Of a stretch of DNA of 64,000 bases, positions 1-10,576 are shown piece after piece (within the stretch, counting starts at the first letter, position 1; each line of letters opens with the position of its first letter). The DNA is taken from the NCBI GenBank assembly GCA_030704615.1, contig CM060734.1, positions 22,444,001 through 22,508,000 of the forward strand, written 5' to 3'. The stretch is from Takakia lepidozioides. Lineage: Eukaryota; Plantae; Bryophyta. Made by a program: the position numbers and the translations under genes. The notes under the pieces were generated by a model, which made no database searches, had not been told where the DNA came from, and saw only the letters and a list, made by a program, of their open reading frames with translations.

Positions 1-708
1 GGAGCTCAGCCACTGATGCTGGGCAGAGCTGCTATTGCAGGCTTGGGCCTCACGGAGGCGGATATGGAGCCTTGTCATTTCCAGATATAGACGTCTCTGG
101 GAGGATCGGAGCAAGCTCGAGGCATGACACGGCGTGAGTTGGCTATCAGACTACGGCCGGATCACCCTATAGATGGCTTAGTGATGCGATCCAAGGCCAT
201 TGTGACAGACGCGGTCTCATACGATGTCCTGGTTGGTGGGGCAGTGTTGTACCCCATGGGCTTCACCCTGGATTTTTGGGAGGAGTCAGCTTCCTATAGG
301 CCTGCATGGTAGTCAGGGGAGGGCCGGCGTGTGCAGCTCCCTGTGACGTTCATAGGAGGAGTTGCGGTTGCCCAGCGAGGCAAGATGCCGACACTAGCAG
401 CATTCACAGCGGCAGTGAGTTGGCCTAGAGAGTTGCTTGAGGGCAACGCTCATTCAGAGGATGTACCACCTCTAGGAGAGCAGGATGACATGTATGGTAT
501 GGCGGAGTTGCCTACCATGGTTGCTCAGACTCCATTGTGGGGCACGAGCAAGGATTTGCAGCGGGATGCTAATCGACGGGTGCAACAAGCCTGGGTGGAG
601 GCTTTTGTACCGTCAGGAGAGGAGGAGAGTGCGGGGATTGCACCAGGACCACCTCAATTGTCTCCATTGGACACCACACCTATTGTGTGGCAGTATCCAG
701 ATGAAGGC

Positions 709-1644
709 ATTTGTCTTCTGGACTTGTTTGGCGGGATCAGCACCAGATTTGCTGCTGTGTTACAGGCAGGTGTACGAGTTCGGCGTTACCTGTATGTGGA
801 GAGGGATGAGACTGCACGACACGTTTCACTTCGCCATATTGCTCAGTTGGTGTAGCGGTACCCTGAGTTGTTGTCGGTGTCTGCAATTCGTGGATATCAG
901 CAGGCCTTGCCAGCAGACATTTCGTTGTTGGGGGCGCAGGATTTGGAGCGGGTTGGCTCCATTGATCTGGTAGTGGCAGGTTGGCCCTGCCAAGGGCATT
1001 CATCAGCCGGGCATGGCAATGGATTGCGAGACTCGAGGTCGGGTCTGTTTTGGGAGATGGTGCGGGTTTTGCGCCACTTACAGCTTCATCAAGCTGTACC
1101 TCCAGCATACATCTTGGAGAATGTGCCACTGATGGGCAATTCTCGGGCCAGGGTGATGGCCAGTGTGCATCAAGTCCGGTCGTGGCTTGGGTCAGCAGTG
1201 TTGCTGGATGCAGCTGCAGTGGGGTCACGGGCTCATCGTCCACGGTTATGGTGGACTAACTTGATGCCACCCGCACTGCTTAAGCGTGCATTTGATGGGG
1301 TGCAGCGGCCAGCACATCTCACAATGGATAATATTCTGGACACAGGGAGGTAGTCTCAGCGTGTGAGACATGATGACCGTTCGCCTTTGGCAGTGGTCAA
1401 CAAGGTGGGTCAACCACGAGCAACATTACCTACACTGCTCAGCTTCCCAGGATCGCATGTTTTTCGGGATAGTGGACCTGGTCTCCTGTGGGATGCTCAG
1501 TTGCAGCAGTTAGTGGAGCCTAATGCCGACGAGCGAGAGCGGGCTATGGGATTTTCCACTGGGACCACGGCGGTGCCTTCTCTTTCTGAGGCATCACGTC
1601 GTCAGGTGTTGGGGCAAGCAATGGATCTCAATTGCTTGACCTGG
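709..1644 (+). pseudogene. DNMT3-like C5 cytosine methyltransferase domain in the copy 1 polyprotein (two in-frame TAG stops)
   Basis: Motif I LDLFGGIS, II YVERD, III ADI, IV DLVVAGWPCQG (PC 985-990), V RSGLFWEM, VI YILENV (ENV 1117-1125), VIII DAAAVGSRAHRPRLWWTNL, IX ERERAMGF, X RRQVLGQAM. All in frame +1. Confidence 0.93.
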
Positions 1645-2057
1645 ATTATCAGCTTGGCTATGGCTGAGCAACGTAGAATGAGGAGTGCACTTCCCTTGAT
1701 GGTCTCTCTGCCTACTGAGACGGTACAGGCAGCGAGTGGGGGCGAGCCGGTGAGGACCACGGGGTGTAGATATCCATGGCACACGTGGGAGGTGCTCGAG
1801 GTTCAGAGGGAGTTGGCAGCCAAGGCAGCTGTGATGGATGAGGTTGGGGATTCTTCTCGGGATGAGGAGGTTCTCAATGATGAGATGATAGGGCAGGATG
1901 AGGACTTGTCATTGACTGAGCAGGAAGGGACGCGTCCTCTACCTCTAAGCCCACTGGACTTAAGGTTGCAGTTACGGAGGACAATTGGGAGCCTGACATT
2001 GGACCCATTGTCACCGGAGGAGAGAGACGACGTATACGGCGGTTCCTGAGGGCTTAC

Positions 2058-3410
2058 ATGAATTGCTTTGCCTTCAGTTTGAAGGACTTGGTAGCACTGA
2101 AGGGTCAAGAGATCCGTATTGAGTTGGCCACTGACACGCCAATCTTTCGGAGACCCTATAGATACAGTGACATGGAGAGGTCTTTGATTCAGATGAGGAC
2201 TCAAGATCTGTGGGAGGCAGGTTTGGTGGAGCTCTCTGGTGGAGAGTATGCTTCAGCCACAGTGATGCCAGCCAAGAAGGATGTCTATGGCAATTGGACG
2301 GAGAGACGTATGTGCGGTGATTACCGGCCTGTAAATCGTCAGACCTGATAAGTATGCCATGCCAACACCAGAGGAGATCTTTGATGCCATCGGGCATGCT
2401 AAGGCCTTTAGCACTTTGGATTTACGATCCGGATATCACCAGTTGCCAATCAAGGAGGCGGACAAGCAGAAGACGGCATTCTGGGGGATCAATGAGCACG
2501 GCAAGGATTGCCTATATCAGTGGCGGTTCTTACCATTTGGGCTTAAGAATGCTCCTGCAGAGTTTCAGAGAGTCATGGATAGGATTCTAGCAGGGGTGGA
2601 CTTTGCTCGGTGCTACATAGATGACATCATCATCTTTAGTGTTATGATGGAGGAGCATGAGAGACACCTTCAAGTGGTATTGGAGCGCTTGAGAGCGCAC
2701 GGATTGAAGTTGCATCCAGGGAAGTGCAAGTTTTTCCACAACCAGATTGAGTATCTGGGTCACATGATATATCCTGGAGGATTGGGGGTATAGTAGACTA
2801 AGGTAGAGGCCATTGCACAAATTCCACGCCCCACGGATGTGAGCCGAGTTCGAGCTTTCATGGGGTTGGCAAACTATTATAGACGGTTTGTCAAGGGATT
2901 TAGTACCATTGCAAAGGCTCTAACCAAGCTGACCAAGGTGGACCAGGAGTGGCAGTGGGAAGATGAGCAGGAACGAGCTTTTCAAGAGCTCAAGGCGAGG
3001 TTGACCTTGGCGCCTATCTTGAGACGACCTATCAGGGGGCGTCCCTTTCAGCTGCATACGGATTGGAGCATGCTGGGGCTTGGAGCGGTGCTCACACAGG
3101 TGGATGATGAGGGAAGAGAGTTCGTAGTGGCTTACGCTAGCCGCTCAAACAACGCTGCAGAGGCTAAGTACAGCTCATAGGAGGGAGAGTGCTTAGCTGC
3201 AGTGTGGGCCGTGGCACACTTCAGGTGCTATCTATACGGCAATCTTTTCACCCTTGTCACGGATCACCAGCCACTCAAGTGGTTGATGGAGTCAGACAAG
3301 CTTACGGGGAAGCTTGCACGGTGGGCACTTATACTCCAGGAGTATGACTTTCAGGTTGTGCATCGACCGGGTTTGGTCAATCGGGATGCGGATGGATTGA
3401 GTCGTAATCC
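2058..3410 (+). pseudogene. Reverse transcriptase + RNase H, copy 1
   Basis: RMCGDYR, LDLRSGYHQ, YIDD, KCKF, YLGH, FMGLANYYRRF, TDWS, NRDADGLSR; broken by a frameshift and stops. Confidence 0.95.
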
Positions 3411-3789
3411 ATGCATGAGCCAGCAGGATGACACTGGAGCTCGGTGGCATGGTGAGACGGACGAGGAGATGGTGCCGGGATGGCACGCATCTGCATTTTT
3501 GTGTATCTTGGCATCAGGAGGTCAGATTGGACCTACAACAGGGATGACTGTAGACGGAGTGACTGAGGACCCTGAGGCTAGTGATGAGCTAGGTGGTGCC
3601 AGAGATATACATGAGGATTCGGCTGTGTTGGACTACCTCCGCACGGGAGACACGGCAGCCATTGTGACTGCCAGGGAGAGGGATCGGATCCTGCAACGAG
3701 CCAAGAGGTTCAAGTGGGAGGGGATACACCTACTTCGAGTGTGGGAGGATGGTCGGGTGAGGATTGTGCCTCACCCCACACAGCGTGCA

Positions 3790-5079
3790 CGGTTAGTGTG
3801 GCATGCCCATGAGGAGTTGGGGCATTTTGGAGTGCGACGCACTCACAGTTTACTGCATAGGCAGTATTGGTGGCGTGGTATGCATACAGAGGTGCAACAG
3901 TTCGCGGCTAGGTGCATGGTGTGTGACAGGGTGCGTGCTTCATTCAACGCCCCTACACCACAGTTGCATCCTTTACCAATCATGGGATTGGGCTACAAGT
4001 GGAGACTTGACTTCGCAGGACCGTTGCCACTGACTATGCGCCACCACAGATATGTGTTGGTGATGGTGGAGCACTTCTCCAAGTGGATTGAGTTGGTTCC
4101 ATTGCCTGACAAGGCTACTGAGGGGGCTGCGTATGCATTCTTAGATCGTGTGCTTAGCCGATTTGGTGCTCCAACTGAGGTACTCACGGACCAAGGGAGA
4201 GAGTTTTTGGGGGAGTTTCAGGCTTTGTGTGATAAAGCCTTGATAGACCACCGCACCACTTCTCGGGATCATCCTGAGGCCGATGGCTTAGCAGAGAGAG
4301 TTGTTCAGACGGTGAAGAGGGGTTTGCGCAAGTATGGCTTGCAGAAGGGACACCTAGGAGATTGGGATCTTCAGGTTCCTTGGTTAGCCATGGGCTACAG
4401 GTTCAGCAAACAAGCATCACTTGCCTCCTTCTCACCATATTTCCTTCTCTTTGGCCGAGAGCCGGATTTTCCTGCAGCCATTCGTAGGGACACTGCTCAA
4501 GTCCTTAACCTTGACGATCCGGACGTGTGGGTACGTGCATGTGATCAGCGTGCAGAGTTGTTCAAGAAAGTCATGCCCATGGCTTTTGAGAACCTTGCCA
4601 TTGCACAGCACCGTGATACGTTGAGGTATGCCACTATACGTGGTGGAGGATATCGTCCTGGGGTTCGGAGGTTTAGCCCTGGTGACTATGTTTATTTGCA
4701 GCAGACTGCTCCTACGACTCTGGATGTTACTGCAGGGCGTGTTATTCTGAGGGTTCGAGAGGTGTTGCCCTCAGGGGTCCTGATCTTGGAGGGTCGGGAT
4801 GGCATGACTTGGAAGGACCATGTGCGTAATTGTGCGCCATGTCACCTTCCCAATGTCGATGGCAGAGTTGACCCAAACTTGGCAGTGGTACCTGCAGGTT
4901 TGAGGTGCATGCTCTGTGGGTCTGCCAAAGGGGCAGCCACCATGCTGGTGTGTGATCGATGCTCAACGGGTTGGCATATGGGATGCTTGACACCACCTCT
5001 TGAGAAGGTTCCTGACGGAGATTGGAGTCAATACATGAGATCCCAAGCTCAAGTTCACAGGTTGCAAGACGGTGACTAA
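3790..5079 (+). CDS. Integrase (HHCC, DDE, GPY/F) with C-terminal PHD finger (~4900-5025; last Cys pair deleted)
   Basis: ORF 3202-5079: HEELGH..CMVC, LDFAGP, TDQG, AERVV, SPYFLLFG, then CMLC..CDRC..WHMGCLTPPLEKVPDGDW. Confidence 0.92.
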   Translation, partial: RLVWHAHEELGHFGVRRTHSLLHRQYWWRGMHTEVQQFAARCMVCDRVRASFNAPTPQLHPLPIMGLGYKWRLDFAGPLPLTMRHHRYVLVMVEHFSKWIELVPLPDKATEGAAYAFLDRVLSRFGAPTEVLTDQGREFLGEFQALCDKALIDHRTTSRDHPEADGLAERVVQTVKRGLRKYGLQKGHLGDWDLQVPWLAMGYRFSKQASLASFSPYFLLFGREPDFPAAIRRDTAQVLNLDDPDVWVRACDQRAELFKKVMPMAFENLAIAQHRDTLRYATIRGGGYRPGVRRFSPGDYVYLQQTAPTTLDVTAGRVILRVREVLPSGVLILEGRDGMTWKDHVRNCAPCHLPNVDGRVDPNLAVVPAGLRCMLCGSAKGAATMLVCDRCSTGWHMGCLTPPLEKVPDGDWSQYMRSQAQVHRLQDGD

Positions 5080-5229
5080 TGATGGGGCAACTCTTGCACC
5101 CGGCCTCTTGATCTATCGAGTTTGAGTGTAATAGGGATAGTGGTGGAGGACTTAGTGAGGCTATGGTCACTATCACATCTTGTGGCTACCTGGACTTAGA
5201 GGGACCTAAGCACCAGCTAGGGGGGCGAT

Positions 5230-5910
5230 TGTGTGGACTAGTGACTGCCATAGTGGGCAGCATAGTGGTAGCCTAGTGACTGACTAGTTGTAGCCTAGTG
5301 GTTGGACTAGTGGCTCGACTAGTGGTGGACTAGTGGTATACTAGTGTGTGGTGTGCACATGTATTGTGTGGTTTTGGACAGCGATGTAGTTGTGTAGCGA
5401 TATGTATGCGCACGACAGCTGTCAAGTTATTTACCACTAGTGTAAAACTAGCTAGGAAATAGCTAGCTTTTACATATTGACAGTTGGGATTGGCCCAAGT
5501 GTCAATCCAGGGGTCAAGGCAGATTTAGGCCCTGGAGTGGTTATCTTCACGGCAAGCGCGGGAGGCTCATCTTTCTCGAGTTGAGCCTCACTGCGCCTAG
5601 CTATGGCGCCGTAGTGTGGATTCCCCATGGCGTGGGGTGCACTTGGCTTGACTTGTATTTGAGTGATGAGGCATGAGTTTATGCTTCAGCTTTGTGAGCT
5701 CGCATGAGCTTGTGCTTGTATTCTTCTTCTTATTGTGTGGACTAGTGACTGCCATAGTGGGCAGCATAGTGGCAGCCTAGTGACTGACTAGTTGTAGCCT
5801 AGTGGCTGGACTAGTGGCTGGACTAGTGGTATACTAGTGTGTGGTGTGCACATGTGTTGTGTGGTTTTGGACAGCGATGTAGTTGTGTAGCGATATGTAT
5901 GCGCACGACA
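5230..5910 (+). repeat. 3' terminal region of copy 1: block B (5230-5417), GC, block A (5420-5733), block B again (5734-5910)
   Basis: Near-identical direct repeats TGTGTGGACTAG...GCGCACGACA with internal CTAGTGG repeats. Block A starts TGTCAAGTT. Confidence 0.85.
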
Positions 5911-6150
5911 GTTACGAGTAGGTGGACCAATCGAATGCCAAGGTCCACCTACTCGTAACCAGCATCGAACCAGCAATGAATGTCCATCATTTGAATGCAT
6001 TCATCGAATCGAATCGATTGAATTCATCGAATCGAATCGATTGAATTCATGGAATCGATTTGAATGTCCTCATCAAACCAGCATTTGAATGTCCTCATCG
6101 AACCAGCATTTGAATTTCCACCTACTCGTAACCAGCTTCGATTTGAATGT
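5911..6150. repeat. 18-bp perfect inverted repeat plus short tandem repeats (ATCGAATCG, CCACCTACTCGTAACCAGC)
   Basis: GTTACGAGTAGGTGGACC (5911-5928) pairs with GGTCCACCTACTCGTAAC (5942-5959). Confidence 0.8.
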
Positions 6151-7339
6151 CCAGCTTTGCTAATGCGAGCTTTCATTGTGCGAAGGATTAAAAGACCAAG
6201 CAATAGGGCTGATTTGGCTTTGGGCAAATCAGTGCACTTTGTAGAATATGTTGAGATTGGGTTTCAATCTCGAGCTTCAGCATTGAGAGGGCTCTTGCCA
6301 TGACAAGAGCAGGGCTGGAACAGGAGCTAAGAGGTGCGGCAAGGCCATGGAATGTGCACCTAGGGTTTCAGAGCATGGAAGAGGAGCTCATGCATGATCA
6401 CAAGAGGAGTGTCTTGTGGCTGGAAATATAGACCTTAGGGTTCAGAAGCTTAACAAAGGCTATAGAGTGTTTAGTCTTGTTTTAGAGGGAATCAAGGAGC
6501 CAAGATATGGGGCTGATACCTCTTGTGTGAAGGGGATGCATGTATGGAGCATGCATTCAGCCCATTGAAGCTTCTATCTTCAAGCTTGGAGAGCAAGCAA
6601 GGAAGGTAAGGGGCTGATTTGCTCTTATGTGACAGTCTGGCACTTGTAGAGCATGTTTTGAGTTGGGGTATCAACTTCAAGCCTAGATAGAGCATGGCTC
6701 TTGAAGTGGCAGGTGTAGGGGGCTGGAATAGGCTCTAAGATGCATGTTATGACCAAGGAGAGCGCATGAATGAGTGCTTACAAGGGCTGGAAACCAGTAA
6801 GGAGTGGTTGTTTGCCACGGACTTGAGTGGCGTGTTTGGGGAGTCTAAGTGAGAAAGAGGGCTTGGTTTGTGGCAAACATCTTCCTCATGGGCAAGAGCT
6901 ACTATTGGTGGTGTGTGAGAGCCGAAGAGAGCAAGAATACATTGCAGATTTCTTCACAACTACCGTAGCTCGTTGCAAGAGAGCTCAAGGTTCAAGAGAC
7001 ACAAACCCTAGCTTGACGTGGCTAAACCCCTTGGAGAAATGGCTAAACTGCCATGAGCGGCCATCATGGGTTTCATGAGGGCTCATGAGGGCAGGACCAT
7101 GAGTGGCCATGAAGGGGTCCATGACTGTGACCTGTGACCTGTGGCCTGTGACCCTGTGTGGGCCTGTGACCTCTGTGTGGCCTGTGCTGGTCTGTGGTGG
7201 CCCGTGCTGACCTGTGGAGGTTTGTTTGAGGCTTCTTTGAAGGCTTTGGCGGACTGTTTTGGGAGACCTGCATGGGTCCTTGAAGGCCAAATTTCATGAG
7301 CTCATGGAGGATAGTTTGAGGAGTATCTTGTAGGATATT

Positions 7340-9461
7340 CCCCATGGTCGTGTGAGTGATGGTTGAGAGGAATGAGAGAATATTGGGATGAGAGCATGCT
7401 ACAGGGGTTAGGCATTGCTTTAGCTTCTCTTCCTCGGAGTTTTCCACCCTCTCTATAGGCCAAAACCTTTCCGTAGGTGGAGGCAAGAGTCAGTTCGGGT
7501 TTGGGCTGGGGTGTCTTTGCAGGAGCGACACTATGGAGTGATTTTGGTATGGGGGAGTTGTTGCTTTCATTTCTTGTGTTTGGATCCCCTCCACACCTGC
7601 ATGCTTGACTGTGCGCCATGTTGTTTTGTGTGGGGGTGATGACCAGTCAGACCATCATTGTTTTTCCTGTGGTAAGGTTGGAGGTGATGACCAGCCAACC
7701 ATAGGAGTGTTTGCGGTGGATGCAGGTGCAGGCTATGTTAGGAACCTAGTATTCCAAACCATAAGCCGCAACAGGTTCTCTACCCGGTTACCTTGTGAAA
7801 AGGGGGATTAGGGACATGTTCATGACCGGTTGAGTATCAGTTTGTCAACACGGAGGTGCCACTAGTTGCTGGGGAGAGTGTCGGTTTGAGCACTAGCGAT
7901 AATAGTGGTACACGAGACAAGGTGTGCGGTTTAGGCCACCTTCTTCTCCTGTGTCTTCTAAGAAAGGTTCTGATTCAGACTCTGAATCAGGAGGGTTCAC
8001 GCCGATGGTGCAAGTTATTCCATTGCCATTGTTGTGGGATACAATGGAGAAGATGTATGGAGCTACCAAGGGGCCATGTCGCGCACCTCCCTTCGGTAAG
8101 CTCCCCTACTCGCTTTGATGCGCGCGCCTGACTCCCAACCTGGCCGCCGGGCCAACTTGGAGCTTCGGCTGCTCACCGGGACATAACGGTCCCCCTTTGC
8201 TTCCCACTAAACCCTCCACCTATTTGGGACTAGTGGAATTCCCTTTGGTAGATGGCAGTCCGGAATAGCTCCCCACTCTTTGGTCGCTTTCCGGCTCGCT
8301 CGCTTACTCACTAGTTTTTGGTCACCAACGGGCTTGCACCGTTCTCGGGGTTACTACTCCCTATATATACTTCTGTAGCTGTCCGCGGGGGTTTCATAAC
8401 CAGCCATGCCATTTTATGGCGAACCACCACGAAAACCCTCGACTCCCGGTGATGAGTCGCGGTGAGTCTTGGCCCACTCACCACGGCCCCTATGGACCGT
8501 GATGAGTCCCAAGACTCCCCACGACTCCCACCACGAGGTCTCCGCCCCCATGGTGAGTCCTATGCCACCCCCACTAAGTCCCGCTAAGCTACCACCACCC
8601 CTTGTGGAGCCACCCCCACCGCAACCCGGTGTGCGGGGCTCCACCTAGTGAGCGCCTCCGCCTCCTTCAGTGCCTTGGGCACTCAAGGGTGCTTCAGCCC
8701 CCCATACCTATCGCTGCCGATGCCCCCACCACAGGGGCAGCCCCTCATGTGTCCCGACCCCCTGCCCTCAAGGCAAAGGGCCGCGACAGGCCACATAGGT
8801 ACTCTGGAGCAGTGGGCACCATTGACTTGGACGATTCTATCCAAGAGTTTGATAGTTGGTGTGACTTGCAGCAAATGCGCAATCCACAACTGTTTACGCA
8901 TTTCATGGCATGGAAGGGGCTGTTTTAGCACCTTGAGGGGCCGCCCATGGATGATTACCATGAGTTTAGGCGGGGGCATAAGGTTGAGATCGAAGAGTAG
9001 AGGATATACTGGTCACCCGACTATGTCTCCATCACTAGAGGCACAAGGGCAGTAGCCACACCGGCAGCTTCAACAAACAGCAGTGAGACTAATGGGACTA
9101 GTGGTACCGTAGCTACGACGTCCACCCAAGCCACTGCCGCACCAGCACCAGTACCCGTGTCTGCCTTCAACCCTGTTGTGGAGTTCTTCGAAGAGTTGAG
9201 AAGGAACTACCAAGGGGTGAGGACAGAGAAGTTGCGGAGCTTGTAAGAGTTCCAACGGAAGCCTACTGAGATCTTGAGGGAGGCTTTCACTCGCATGAGG
9301 CGCGTGGGCTTACAAGCGGCCCAACCCACCTTATCAAATGTGTTTTTGCTGGCAGAGCGGATAGAGCTCAACATGGTGGAAGAACGAGTGTCATGGTGGG
9401 ATTTGCTAAAGAGACACCACAAGGTAGTGGTGCTCCTAGCCAACCACTACCCCAACGTGCT
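7340..9461 (+). mobile_element. 5' leader + gag fragment of the same Gypsy-DNMT family, split by a solo LTR
   Basis: Leader matches the reverse complement of ~28450-28935. MEKMYGATKGP | HRYSGAVGTIDLDD..QEFDSWCDLQQMRNPQLF and VFLLAERIELNMVEE match the gag of copies 2 and 4. Confidence 0.85.
8077..8788. mobile_element. Solo LTR (712 bp) of a second family, inserted in gag
   Basis: Termini TGTCGCG...CGCGACA; 5-bp TSD GGCCA at 8072-8076 and 8789-8793; near-identical copy at 42340-43066. Confidence 0.92.
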
Positions 9462-9994
9462 TGTCAAGTTAAATAAACACAGTGTGAAACTAACTAGAAT
9501 AAATCTAGTTATTTGCATTTAACACTTGGAATTAGTTCAAGTGTTAAGTCAGGTGTCAAGTTTAGCTTGACACCTGAACCATCTTATTTTCACGAGCTCG
9601 TCAGTCGTGCGGCTCATCTCTCTCGAGTTGAGCCTGCACGACCAAGCTCCTTCACTGCTTAGAATCTGAGTGTGCTTATGAAGGGAGAATAGGATGTTGT
9701 GGGGTGGAGTCCCCATAGCTTGGGGTGCCCCTGGCTCGACTCTTAGTTTAACGAGTGATGGTGTTGCATTTCGTTTTTCGGTGTCAACAGTGTGATTTTA
9801 GTTTCCTATCACTCGAGAGAGATGAGCTTGCATCTGTGAGTACCAGAGGTGAGTTTAGTTTAGCACTTGTGGTTTTTGTTTTGAAAGTGAGAGAAGAAAA
9901 TTATGGTGGTTTGTAGATTATGTTTGTGACAAGCTGGTTGGAGACAGAGAAGTGATTATCTGTGTTCAGGTAATCTTTAGTTAGAAAGATGTCA
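9462..9994 (+). mobile_element. Block A-type LTR of the Gypsy-DNMT family without adjacent pol
   Basis: Starts TGTCAAGTTAAATAAAC; matches the reverse complements of 31559-32090 and ~21232-21577; related to 5420-5733. Right end uncertain, no clear TSD. Confidence 0.75.
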
Positions 9995-10107
9995 AGTGCA
10001 TCATCAACAGTAGAGTTCAAGTGCGGACTTTGTTCAACTTTCTTCATTGTGCAGGCTCTGGCATTTTTGTTCATGTGATCTGCCAACTTGTCAGCCGCAG
10101 CAGCAAT

Positions 10108-10576
10108 GCATTAGAACACCAGAGAAGCAGCACAAGCAATCAAGCACTTTGAGCTTGCGAAGGCCAAGCGGTACTTGGAAGATGTGCTCGCCTACAAACA
10201 AGGGATTCATTTCCGTCGTTTTTGTGACGGTGTTCGTCGCACAGCTCAAGCGAAGTCGCGACGTTCTAATGGACAAGGACGATGGCCTGTGAAGTATGCT
10301 ACTTTCTTGCTTGGATTGTTGAAGAAAACAGAGAGCAATGTTGAGGTGAAGGGTCTTGCTGTCGACACGCTCGTCATTTGATACATACAGGTCAACAAGG
10401 CCCAGAAGCAGCGCCGCCAACCTACCGAGCACATGGTCGCATCACTAGTCCCTACATGTCATCGCCATGCCCTCTTGAGCTGACTCTCTCAAAGAAGGAG
10501 GTTGTTGTGACGAAAGAGGTGGACACAGAGATTACTCCTAGGAGATCCCGTAAACAACAAGCGCGCTTGCGAAGTG
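10108..10576 (+). pseudogene. RPL17: Processed pseudogene of 60S ribosomal protein L17 (uL22)
   Basis: [67 protein letters not shown]; no introns, with stops and frameshifts. Confidence 0.9.

Larger units (their letters stand above)
1..5910 (+). mobile_element. Ty3/Gypsy LTR retrotransposon copy 1 (5' part outside window): PR-DNMT-RT-RH-IN-PHD, PPT and 3' terminal repeats; pseudogenised
   Basis: Starts at GAQPLMLG just after the protease DSG. RT has LDLRSGYHQ, PFGLKNAP and YIDD (2614-2625). RNaseH has TDWS and TDHQPL. Integrase has HHCC, D-D-E and SPYFLLFG. Gypsy domain order. PPT AGGGGGGCGA at 5219-5228 is followed by TG at 5230. Confidence 0.95.

Noticed and set aside
737-1243. Antisense and alternate-frame ORFs over pol
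   Set aside because: They are shadows of the GC-rich coding frame with no motifs.
709-1644. Bacterial restriction-modification MTase or a host DNMT3 gene hit by a TE
   Set aside because: No introns, no partner nuclease, same position and frame in several element copies; it is part of the retroelement.
5230-5910. Independent TRIM element (B-A-B)
   Set aside because: No PBS after the first B, a pyrimidine tract rather than a PPT before the second B, and it directly follows the Gypsy PPT.
7123-7215. TGTGACC/TGTGGCC short repeats
   Set aside because: Low-complexity microrepeat with no assignable function.
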